Below, one piece after another: positions 25,988-37,900 of a stretch of 64,000 nt of DNA. The notes under the pieces were generated by a model. That model had not been told where the DNA came from, ran no database searches, and was given only the letters and a program-made list of their open reading frames with translations. The stretch's first letter is position 1; each line of letters opens with the position of its first letter. A program made the position numbers and the translations under genes. The stretch lies in assembly GCA_964270895.1 (NCBI GenBank), contig OZ185435.1. One strand, given 5' to 3'. This DNA comes from Podarcis filfolensis. Taxonomy: Eukaryota.

Positions 25988-28900
25988 TCAGTTGCTCAGC
26001 AGTCCCCGATCCAGCACTGGGAACAGCTCAAAGAAGGCCTGGGAAAGAAGGAAGGAAGGAAGGAGGAGAGAAAGAGGAGGAAGAGTCAGGTTTGGTGGGG
26101 GAAGAACAACCCTGGGGGGGGGGGGAAATGGGGCAGCTGTCAAACACACACATATGATGGCGTCACCATGGCAGCAGGAGAATCGTGAGGCACCATGTTG
26201 CCACAGAAACGATCACTGACTGGAGGGCACCATCGTTGCCATGGTAACATACAGACAAGATTACAAGGAAGAGATAGGGAGTGGGCGGCAGCAGGGCTCA
26301 ACCTGCAACCCGGGGCGGGGAAGATAGTGACCTCGATACGTATGGAAACCTTGTTCCTGTCTGCCAAGCTCTTCTCACACTTTGTGCCCCCCTCCTCCCC
26401 AACCTGCTCCCCGAACAATACACAGGGCCAGAGGGAAAGCTCTCTGTTTACATTGCCCTTCCTTTTTTCCTGGCCTGCTCCCAACCGTACAGCCAAGGCC
26501 CATGACAAGAGAGTTTCTTTGCGAAGGAGATACTCCTCTCTCACCCCACTCAAGCTTCCTCAGTCTAGCCTAACTCACAGGGTTGTTGTAAGGACAACCT
26601 GGGAAAGGGGTGGGTGGGAGACCTGGGCACACACCCACACCCTTGGAGGCAGCAGAAAACAGCTCCGCTCAATGCAAATGCTTTCCCTCTGCCCCACCTG
26701 AGCTGCCACCCACCTTGAAGAGAGTGATGGTCTGTAGGACGCTGGAAGTGCAGCACATCTCGCGGATGGAGTGCATGGCCAGCTGCGGGGAGCCCATGTC
26801 CAGGACGCGCAAGCCAAGGCGGGAGGCCAAGATGGGCCCAATGGTGCTGCCGCAGGGAGAGTCATTCCGAACCATGAATTCCTGCAATAGGCAAATGAAT
26901 TGCTTTCTCTTAAGGCTCCTGAGCAGCTGATTTGGCCTTGACACTGTCCAGGGGTTGGGGACTCCCTTTAGTTGTTGGACGAGGCCATTAAGAAAGGCGG
27001 CCAGATATGGATCTACTGAGCGTCGATGATGGGAGTGGAGGAGGTCTTTGGGGAGAAGGTTCTGGGCACCTATGTGCACAACCCCAGCATCAAGAGACAG
27101 CCATGAGGTGGAAATGCTGTCAACACTCCACAGACCTTAAAACCCAAGAAGGAACAGCCAGGGGTTGGAGACAGAAGGAAGCGGAAAAAACCCATCTTCA
27201 GATAAGGGGTAAGGCCTTCCCCATAGCATTTAATCCTGAAGGCCCACCATTTCTGGTCCCATCTCCCGCCCCCCAATGGCAGATGGGGCATCTTGCCCCA
27301 TTGGTCCCTGGCTGCAGAATCTACAGTACAGGGACATAGCACTTGTGTATTTCCCTACGCTGGCCGATCCAAACTCACCCTCTAGTGGCCACAGTATTAA
27401 GTGCAAGGGGAAAGCTTGGGAGTAGCTCTTGAGGTAGAGAGGAACAATGCTTACTTGCAGGGGGACGTCCACACGGCTGGCAATTTCTCGGATCAGGGCC
27501 TCGGTGACAGCAGTAGAGGCATAGCGCTGGTTGCTGTTCACTTTTATTGTAGGGCCCTGCATGAGAAACCAGAGGATTCAGAACAAAAAGATGTACTAAG
27601 AAAGGAGATGCGGTCTGCATGCATCAAGAACATAAAGCTTTGCTTTCCGAAAGCATGAGCTGCAACAGAGAGAAGGCGGTGTGGAAGCCAAAAGGAACCA
27701 CTGGAAAGCAGAGACCTACCCCATGGCAATCTTGCCCCAGAATAATGCAGTAGTTCTATGTACCCCCACACAGAAACAAGCGTAGGCCTGAGTCTTCCTT
27801 TGGGCTTTCAGACATTCTTCCCTCTGCTCTTCTGGCTTGTGGGATCAGGAGACGAGCAACCACCATGAGCCCCCCAGTCATGGGATGGGACCAATGCTTG
27901 CCACCAGACATCCAAAGTCCTAGAACAAGCCCCCTGCCCCACTAAATACAACAACAGAAAAATCCACTGGCATAATCATTCCTTCCATCTACCGTAGCTA
28001 GGTGTGAGTGACATTGCTTATGTAGGCAAAACAGCACCACTACCCCAATACAAAATCTTAAGGGGCTTAGGCAAGCTCCTAAAGTTTGCAGAAGTGCTAC
28101 AATATTTTTATTTTGGGGGAGGAATACCCAAAAGCCAAAGGAGGATTGAGCATGCTCAGTGGGCACACGATACTGAATAATGGGCAAGGGGGAATGAAAT
28201 GAAACACCCTATCAGAATGGCAGGGGCAGTTGGCTGAATCCAGAACAAGAGCACTGCACACTACAATATTCTGTTGCAGCTCCAGCCTGTAAGGTATACA
28301 TCACAAATATTGAAAAGGACAGGACTGTAACTAACATGTTGTTTCCAGCAATTGAATAACCTTTGACATACTTCCCAACATCTAGGCTACGGGAGCAAAA
28401 GCAAATCCCCCACACACCCCACCAGCATCTCCAAAAGCTCATTCTTACATTCAGAGGCAAAGTTTTGTGTATTAAAAACCAATGTTATCAGGTCTTAAAG
28501 AAGAACTAACTTCAGTTTCAGGAGTAAGTTTTGCTATCTCCCCCGTTCGACTTGCGCTGAGGACGACTCTGCTACTGCTTGCAGAGAGTCTGCCTTAGTT
28601 TTCCACATTTTATTGTTGCCTCGTGGCCCCGTCACCTACCTTGTGGAACTCTGGACGGTGGTTCTTATCGTGCTTGTCGCTGCAAAAGGGAGCATCAAAT
28701 TAGACCCTGGCCAAGTAGATCCAAACTCTTAGAAATATGAGGCTGAATTTCGAAGAAGAGACAATGGAATTAAACTAAGAAGAGATATGGTGTTATTTCA
28801 ATGCCTGGGAGCAATTTCAAAAGAAGCAGGGGTTTTTGTGGGGGGGGGGCAGAGTGGCGCTCCTGATGTGTCAGTGAGAACACCTGTACGCAGATTTATG

Positions 28901-31900
28901 CACAAAGGACTTTTATTAGAGCGGAGACAGGCATTCTGGGGAAGAGGAGCACTGCCATATGCCAGTGGCAGGATGAGAAAGACCCTCTTGACAGTGATGC
29001 CTAAGAGCTGCATCTAGCCCAAGGGCACCATTTGCCAGGGGGCAGATTCAGCGCTGGGTACATCATCTGGAACAAGTACAAGCCAAACTCGGAAGGCAGA
29101 AGAGCACCTCCATTTTCTGACTTTCAGCATACGCTGCCTTCGACACTGCCAAACTGTTTTCTAGGACCATGAGGCCTGGGAGAGAGAAAGTGCATTTGTC
29201 GGGGAAGGCTGAACCTAACTACTGGTTCTGCCTCAATCCGTGTCCTTTGCCAAAACGCTACCCCTGAGGGTGGTTCCAAATGCTGCAGGACAACAACTCC
29301 CGTCATCCCTGACCACCAGCCATGCTGGCTGGGGCTAATGGGATTTGGAGTCCAACAATGTCTGCAGTGGGGGGGGGGCAGATTCCCCAGTTCTGCTCTG
29401 GAGGGGTCCAAGGCCCAGGACTTATGCTCAACCGTTTAGGGAGCCTTACTCCCTTGTTATAATTGAGGGAAGGGCCTTTAAATAGATGACTTGGATTTTG
29501 CAGATTAGCCCAAACTGATAAAGAGATGTTTCTGACCTCAGGATTTTCAAGTTTGAGAGTTGGTAAATCAGACAGCTTGCATTTCTATCCTACAGTTTTA
29601 AGTATCAAACAATTTCGTTTATAAAACCATGGGACTAGATTTTATTTTATTTTTTAATGAAAGCAGAGCCTCTTTGAAAGCCGAATTCCACAACAGATGC
29701 CAACTTTTCAGCTTGTACCGCAAGCCAGCAAATTCACAGCAGAATGCCTAATATTTAGTAAAATACTTGCTAAACCCTCGTGCATTTCTTCCTGCTGGGC
29801 ACAGCAACATACTCACGCATAATTGGGGTGCACGGCATGGGCCATGTCAGCACTGATCATGCAGGACTTTGGCACGGCTTCCTCAAAGGCTGTCAAGTTC
29901 TGGGGCGAAGCAGAGATGCGCCGAAGGACAAGTTCAGTGAGGAGCGAGCCAGCCCCCTGTGCACTCTGGGAACCAACCTGCCAGATAAGTCAAGTCAGTA
30001 AAGGAGCCAGCAAGAAGAGCCTTTTTAACCCAGAAATATTCCACCTCCCATCTCAGTGTGGTGCAGCAGTTAGGAATGCTGACTTATGATGGGTGTGGGG
30101 AACCTTTGCCCCTCTAGATGCTGCTGATATACAGCCCCCATCAAGCAGGGCCAATGGTCAAGGACAACAGGAGTCAGCTACATCTGGAGAAGCAAACATT
30201 TCCCACCCCTGGACTAGGACCTGGAAGACAAGGGCTCAAATCACTGCTCAACCAGCAAGGTTGATGGGTGAGCTTGGGCCAGTCCCTCTCAGCTGAGCCT
30301 ACTTCACAGGGTTGTTCTGAGGATAAAATGGAGACAGGGAGAAGCAGGAATGCCATCCTTGAGCTCCTTAGAAGAAAGGTGTTGCATAAATGAATTAATA
30401 ATGTTTCAGAGAGCAGACGTGTTTCTGCCCCTTAATTTCTCATAACATTTCCCCTCATCATCTATCAAACCATCAGGTGGAGCCACTCTCCAAATAATAA
30501 TATTCATCTAATGCTCAGAACGGCAGGGTGAGCTCCCGTCTTTCAGTCCCAGCTCCTGCCCACCTAGCAGTTCGAAAGCACCCCCGGGTGCAAGTAGATA
30601 AATAGGGACCGCTTACTGGCAGGAAGGTAAACAGCGTTTCCGTGTGCTGCGCTGGCTCGCCAGATGCAGCTTCGTCACGCTGGCCACGTGACCCGGAAGT
30701 GTCTCCGGACAGCGCTGGCCCCCGGCCTCTTAAGTGAGATGGGCGCACAACCCTAGAGTTGAACACGACTGGCCCGTACGGGCAGGGGTACCTAATGCTC
30801 AGAACAGGATTTCACTTTCCACTTCTGCAGCAACATAGGAGGCTGCCTTATACCGAGTCAGACCACTGATCCATCTAGCTCAGTATTGTCTACACTGATT
30901 AGGAGCAGTTCTCCTACCTGGAGATGCCGGGGATTGAACCTGGGACCTTCTGCATGAAAAGCAGATGCTCTACCCCTGGGCTATGGCCCTTCCCTCTTTT
31001 CTACCCAGAATGTAGCCTTGCCCATCCACAACTGTCTCGTACTGACCTCTTCATTGTCATAAAGTGCAACCAGGCGCACATTTGGTTCTTTGGCAAGAGC
31101 TCCAGGCTCTTTGCTGGATTCAATCAGCGCCTGTAGAAAAACGTAAGGGGAAAAGGTTAGGGAGTGCCTAATGGGGCAGGATAGGGAGTGCCCTGGGACA
31201 AAAATATTTACTACTAGTCTATGCGTTGCTATCTTGTGAGCTGACTTCTTAAAGAAACCATGTCAGCGTCTCCCTTCATGTTCTCAGTACGTTAAATTCT
31301 GTACTTACAATTGAACTATTTTTCCTTAGTCTGTAGGTTAGACTGGCCTCCGTGGCCTGAACATTTTCAAAGGTTCTCTACTGAGCCGACTTCTTAAAGA
31401 GTACCGGTTTCTCTGCAATGCTAGATCCCTTCTGGCACCACAGGAAAGACTACTTATGGCTTCTGACTAGATGTCTGCCCCCCCCACCTGTGCCCATCCT
31501 AGGTATCTGGGAAAGTATACAAGCTCAGGGACTGTGAGTTTTGTGCTTCCAGCTGTCTTGGGCCTCTAACTACAGCAAATGGAAGGTCTCCCTTGGGCTC
31601 AACTCTTAAGCTGCAGTCCCATGTCAGAAAGCTGGTGTACTGGGGAGAAGAGTGTCACCAGGGTAGATAACTGGTGCCTTTAGTCATTTCACAAAAAGGA
31701 GAATTTAAAATCACATGCTGCTTCCGCTGTAGTGCAACAGTTCTGGAAAAAGCTGTACCTGGGCTTCTGGGAATTGATATATAATGAGTTGAAAAAGATG
31801 TTGAAATATACATTTGTTAAGAAACCAGAGGCTTTTCTTTTAGGAATAGTAGGAAATGAGATAAATAGAAAGGACTGCAAACTTTTCCAATACGCAGTAA

Positions 31901-34900
31901 CTGCAGCGAGAATACTACTGGCCCAAAGATGGAAACAGGAACAACTACCGACGTTAGAAGAATGGAGAATGAAACTGATGGACTATGCAGAACTAGATAA
32001 ACTAATGGGGAAGATCAGATATCTACGAGACCAAAAGTTCATCGAAGATTGGGGAAAATTTTCAGATTATTTGAAATGTATTTGTGATGAGCAAATAACG
32101 CTAGTGGGATTTCAAGAAGCTCTGTGAATGTTTGAGTAATATTGTGTTGAAGAAAAATAAGAGAGTGAAGGCATATAAAATGCAATATAAAAATTAGGAA
32201 ATGTGTAATTAAAAAATTGAATAATGGATGATTGTTAGAGAGGCTGAAGGAAGTCCAAAAGAGAAAATATGTGATAAATTTAGGTTGGATATTATAAATG
32301 TATGTTGGAAAATTAATAAAAATTATTTATAAAAAAAGGAAAAAGCTGTACCTGTCAATGCCCTACCTTTTGACAAAACTTTACAAAAGACCCAAGGCCC
32401 ATGCCTGATGCTACATAAACAAACACTGCACTTGGCTGCTTCTGACTTTCTCCTCACCTCCCCCCCCCCACCGGATGTGTGGTTTACTTCCATGTAAACC
32501 ACAGTATTCCATTTCATCTGAGCTGGAACCCTTGTGGTTCTGCATAACCCCTCCATGATTTGAAATGTTTCTCTACCTGTTGCTACACACAGAGAGAGCC
32601 CCAGAGGTATATTTCTGCACACAGCCATTCCCACAAACATAGAAATAGTTTCACCATGCAAAGTGGTTAAATGGGTCACCCCACCTTTTGACTGCAAGAG
32701 TAACGGGTGATTTTAGTACATGGGGTGGGGTGGGGATGGAATGTGAAACAATAGAGCAAGGGTTAGAAGTAGTTTCTAGGTGACTTCTGGGGGAAACACA
32801 AGTTATTAGAGCAGATTAGAGGATGGCTCCTTTCCATGGCACTGATGGATCACAGAAGAGGATTCATCTCTGACCCGACACCCCCCCCCCCGACCGCACA
32901 AAGTACTCACCTGCAGGGCACAGTAGCTGCTGTGGAGGTTGTCCAGGCGAGGGGAGAAAATGAACTCACTGAAGGCGCCACCTAGTGTCTGGAGGAGGAT
33001 TCACCAGAAAGAAAAAATCCTGAGCTGGGACCAACCTTTCCCTGGTTCAGTCTGTCTGCCACACCACACATTCTCCCTGCAGATTTTGCAAACGGGTTGG
33101 AGAGTGGCAGCTGGGATCTTTCCCCAGGAGATGAATGAGAATCTGGAACAAGCATCTCTCTCTACGCCTCTCTCTCTCTCTCTCAGACCAAACGGTGGGG
33201 GACCTGTGGTTCTCCTGATGTTGCTAGACTACAACCCCCACCACTGACCATGCTGGCTGGTAGGAAGCTCACAGGTTCCCCATTGCTGTGCTAAAGGAAA
33301 GTTGCATGGAGCTAGAAAATGTAATGAGTTCAACCATGTGACCCTTAGAAAGCTAGCTCTGTCCAAAACCAAAACCCCACTGCCAACCCCTAATGCACTA
33401 TTTATTTATTTATTTATTTAATAAAACAGGATACTCACAGGAGGCTGTGTATCCACCAGGCACAACTCCATCTCCACCACCTGCTCCGGTTTCACCTTCA
33501 GCTGGGAGCAGAGGAGGGCCAGCAGGGCTGGAGAGTGACGACTCTGTGAGAAGGAAAAGTTGTGAGAAGGTAAAAGAGACTTACTCCACTCTGGAAAGCT
33601 GCCAATTCTCTCCCTTGTTTTGGACTTGCATACTGTACCTCTCCAGCCAATTCAACAGCATCCTTGTGTCTCCCCCGCCCCCCCCCCCCCCCCGCTGCCT
33701 CCCCAGCCTTACCTGGAGAGATGAGGCACAAGCTGTGTCTGTCTTGGACGTCTTCTTTTCCAGGGCCTCCTGGACTTCTGTGGCCAGAATCGGGACCCTG
33801 GGAACAGCAGGTGTGTTGGCTGTTTAACTGGCTTGCTCATTATTGCTGCTTCCTGGGAAATTTGGCTCCAAGAAGCAACTGGAGCCCACGGAGCCACCAA
33901 GACCCAACAGCACAAGACACTTCCAAAGAAGCCACTTGGTGAAAGTCAGCCCCCCCGGCAGAGCAAGAAACACTGTAACTACACCTCACCTTTTTTTCTC
34001 AGGGAACATCCCCTCCCATTGCCATCACATCCCCTCCCATCATATTGGTAGCATGGTCCTGGTACCCAACAGCCAAGTGCTGGGGAACCTGTGGTCCTCT
34101 AGGCCAGGGGTGGAGAACTGGATCCAGCCAGCAGTCTGGATCCTTATCATCTCCATGGCCAAGTTTGACATACTGGCAGGGCCGCTCCACTGTCAACCAC
34201 CTGGCGTCACAACGATGTCAGGTGGGCCACCTTCTTGCTTGTACGGTACATGAAGCTTTGAAGTCCTGACAATCAGCTGAGCGTCAGGGTTCCAGCACAC
34301 TATGCACAGCTCTGTGCAAGTACCACCTGATTGTTGGGGCTGGCACAGAGCCATGCAAGGAGCTATGCACAAGGCTTGGGAGGCGATGCTGATCACACAG
34401 GCCAGGTGTAGGGCAGGTGGGTATGACTTGGTTAAAACTTAGACAGGCACGTGACAAAGACCATCATTTCAGCAGGCATTTTCCACTGGTTTTCTGCTTT
34501 TACAATGAATTTTAATTATTCTTTTTCTCTATAAGGTGTAGTTTTTTTTAAAAAAAACTTATGTATGCTGCTTAGGAACTCTAAACATTAAGTGGTCTAT
34601 AATATTGGAAGTAAAAAAACCAAATAAAGATGGGGTGCCAGTAAGCCCTCCAGTCCCAACCAGTCTGATACGACTTATACACAGAATCCAGACCTGGGCC
34701 TCTCTAGGCAATCCTAAAGCACAGAGTATTGTATCAACATAGAAAGCTGTCATATATACCAAGTCAGGTCTACCTAGCTCGGTGCTGTTCAGACTGGCAG
34801 TGGCTCTCCAGGGCTTCAGACAGGGACCATTCCCAGCCTCCACCCCTGGAGATGCTGGGGATCTTGAGCCTGGAACCTTCTGCATGCCAAGCAGATGGTC

Positions 34901-37900
34901 TTCCTGTGAGCTAAGGTCATTCCCCATCACCCAAGGGGATCAAACTCTGCAGCTGACTCTCTTGCTGAAAGGCAAATGACAGCAGTGCCAGCCAAGCCTG
35001 CTGCCCCTCGCCCCAACCCACCATGGAATATATGAGCACAGAGGAACAGCAGTTTACACACTCACAGGTGCTGCTCTGTGTTTGGCCCGAAGCTCTCATT
35101 CACATTGCGCTGGAGGTGGATGGCCAGGTGTGGGATGCGGAGGATGGGCTGCTCCACCCACACCAGCTGCTGCTCCAGGCGCCCTGTGGACAGGTCCTGA
35201 AATGGAAAACAGAAGGGGGACATAAGTGTAGGGTGTGCGTCATTCTGCCACTTTCACCCACTGGCATAATGTGGGAGAGGGGAGGAACAGGAGAGCGGGA
35301 TTAAGGCAGCAGCTGGGAGCTAAAGGCTCTCATTGAACCACTGGTCCACCCAGCCTAGTGTTGTCTACAGCAACAGCTCTTTGCGGTATCGGGCAGGCCT
35401 CCTTCGCTGCCCGACTTGCAGATTCTAGAGATCAAACCAGGGATCAAATTGCAAAACAGGTGATCTTCCACCAAGATATGGCCCTTCTGGAAAATAGAGC
35501 TATCATGAACAATCTACGAAAAGTGCCCATGTGGGGGGGGAAAGGCAGCTTATCGGGGGAGAGACTGGAAAAGATTGGACCAATAGTTTAACTTTGCCCA
35601 TGGTTTCACCAATACTGACAATCAGCGCTTTCAGAGGTAGAGGGGTGTGGGTGGGTGGGTGAATACTTCCCTCCCCCTACGCTGCTGGCTTGGACGAAAA
35701 TGGGAGATCCTCCCTCCTTTAAAGTTGTTCAAAAACAACAACAAAAAGAAGAGATCTGTTTCAGCCCTGAGTGTCTGTATTTAAGCAAATCAGAAAGAAT
35801 GCAAAAAAGAGACCCTTGTTCTCAAAATATGCCAACTAAGAGCATTTATGACAGCATTTTAGAACATGAGTTTGGAGGAACTTTTAGAAAGTTTCACATT
35901 TCAGTTTGGTAAGAGTGTCACCATAACTATGCACCTTCCATTCCCACTTCCCTAATAAATCTTCTGGCCCACACAGACCATGCACCTATGCTTGCAGGAA
36001 CCTCATCTCCACTTGGTTTAAATTAATGTTTAATTTTAATCTCAGGTAGGTGTAGGTGTGAACAGAATTGCAGAATGGAACAAAGCCCCAAACATCGTTT
36101 TGATCAGAACTTTCATCTCCTCATCGCTTTTGATTTCAGTCATATTCAAACAAGTACTTTAAAGTATGCAAAGTATGGCACACTTTGAACTAGACTCCAG
36201 TCCTACTCAAGTGTAGCTAGGCAACCAGCTCCACTGAACACACTCATGTTTACCAGGGCAGAAAGCACTGATCGGGTAATTCATTAAACAGAAGATTAAA
36301 ATTGCTGGTTTTTAATAACACTTTTATGGACTTTGTCTCCAGGGGAGGATATTCGCTGTTGGCATCTTTGTTGTATCTCAGTCTCAATCAAAACAATGCA
36401 ATGCATGCAGCTTGATTATTCCACATGATAAACACTTCAGTTTCTTTCATCAAGCACCCTCAGAATATGTCAATTCATGTTAGCATTTCACAAACTACTT
36501 AAAAAACACCCAAGACAACCAACTAAAATCTTCAGTTTAACAGCATATAATAGCAAGAACCCCAAACAAAAAAAGAGCAATAGAGCTATCTAGAGTTTGA
36601 ACTTGTGGAAACTGAGCTATTTCTCACACCTAACCCAGGGCAGTGGTGGAGAGGAAGTAGCCATATTCAAATTTCAGCCATGTGACCCCAAGGTTCTCAC
36701 ATTACTGGAGTGGCAACTGAAGACGTCATGCTGTAGGACAGAACAACATCTGGCCCTCAGATGTTGTTGGGAGTCTCCCAACTTCTGTCAGCCCCAACCA
36801 GTGTGGCCAATGATCAGGAATGATGCATGGTGGGAATCCAATGTCATCTAGAAGGCCAAGTTCACCAGTCCTACTGCAGCAGCTCCCAGGCTGCAGAGCA
36901 AATATAAGAATAGGCCTTGATGTGCAGGTGATGGAAACTTCAGGCCAATGCAGCCCACCAACGCTGCCATATGTCTGGATTTTCCCAGACATTATCTGGA
37001 TTTCAAAGGGGGGAGAGATTTCCGAAAGGTGGCGCTTTGTCCTAGATCTTAGGCAAGTTCTTTTGGCTCAACAATTTTGGAGGTGTCCTGGTTTTTGAAA
37101 TATGGCAACCCTACCCACCAAGTCTCTCTATCTGGCCCTTGGTACTCTTCCCTCCTCAGCCACACCCTTTAGTAGGTCTACTTCCTGCCCTCCTTGAGTG
37201 TTTCTTCCTAACTGGAATAGGTCCTTGTCCTTGTCAGTGTTTGTAAAAAAACAAAAAGAAAGGGTTCTGACCTCCCTTTGTTGCCTCAGCCTGGTCCTTG
37301 GACCCTTGTTGGCAAAAAAGAGTCCACGACAAAAGTATCCTTGCAGAGTTTTATTCTTAAAAGTCTTTCTGCAAAAGTGACTGACCAACTGTACACACAT
37401 CAACACTACCAGCTTTCACTAACCAACCAACCAACCCAACCAACTAACATTTCTCACTCTATATATACACAGTGCAGGCCGCTGACTCATGCTGACCCAG
37501 CTTTTTAAGCATTAAAGATAACAGTGGCCAATTTTCAGCCCTGACAGTCCTCTGATAATAACTTGTGGGTGTCTGGATAAAAGATAGAGAGGTCTGTGTG
37601 TGTGTGTGTGTGTGTGTGTGTAGAAATTACTCAGCTGTCCAAAGATGAAAACTGCATTAGCTTCTTTGTGCACTTGTTGTCTCTGGCCCTCCCCATCCCC
37701 ACTGGCATGTGGCCCCTGGAAGGCTGTCCAGAAATGAATTTGGCTCTTAGGCTGGCAAGTGTTCCTCACCCCTGCCCTAATGTGACATGGCTGCAATATT
37801 GGAGGTAAAGTCAGGTCTCTTCCAGTTGGAAAAACCTAAGCATTGAAGAGCTCCTAAAGTCACATAGTATACACCACAGTGCAGGGCCCCAGCCAGGACT

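Noticed and set aside
26140-26701. 137-aa and 168-aa ORFs in the last DNPEP intron
   Set aside because: Intronic, partly MIR-like and low-complexity, with no domain similarity.
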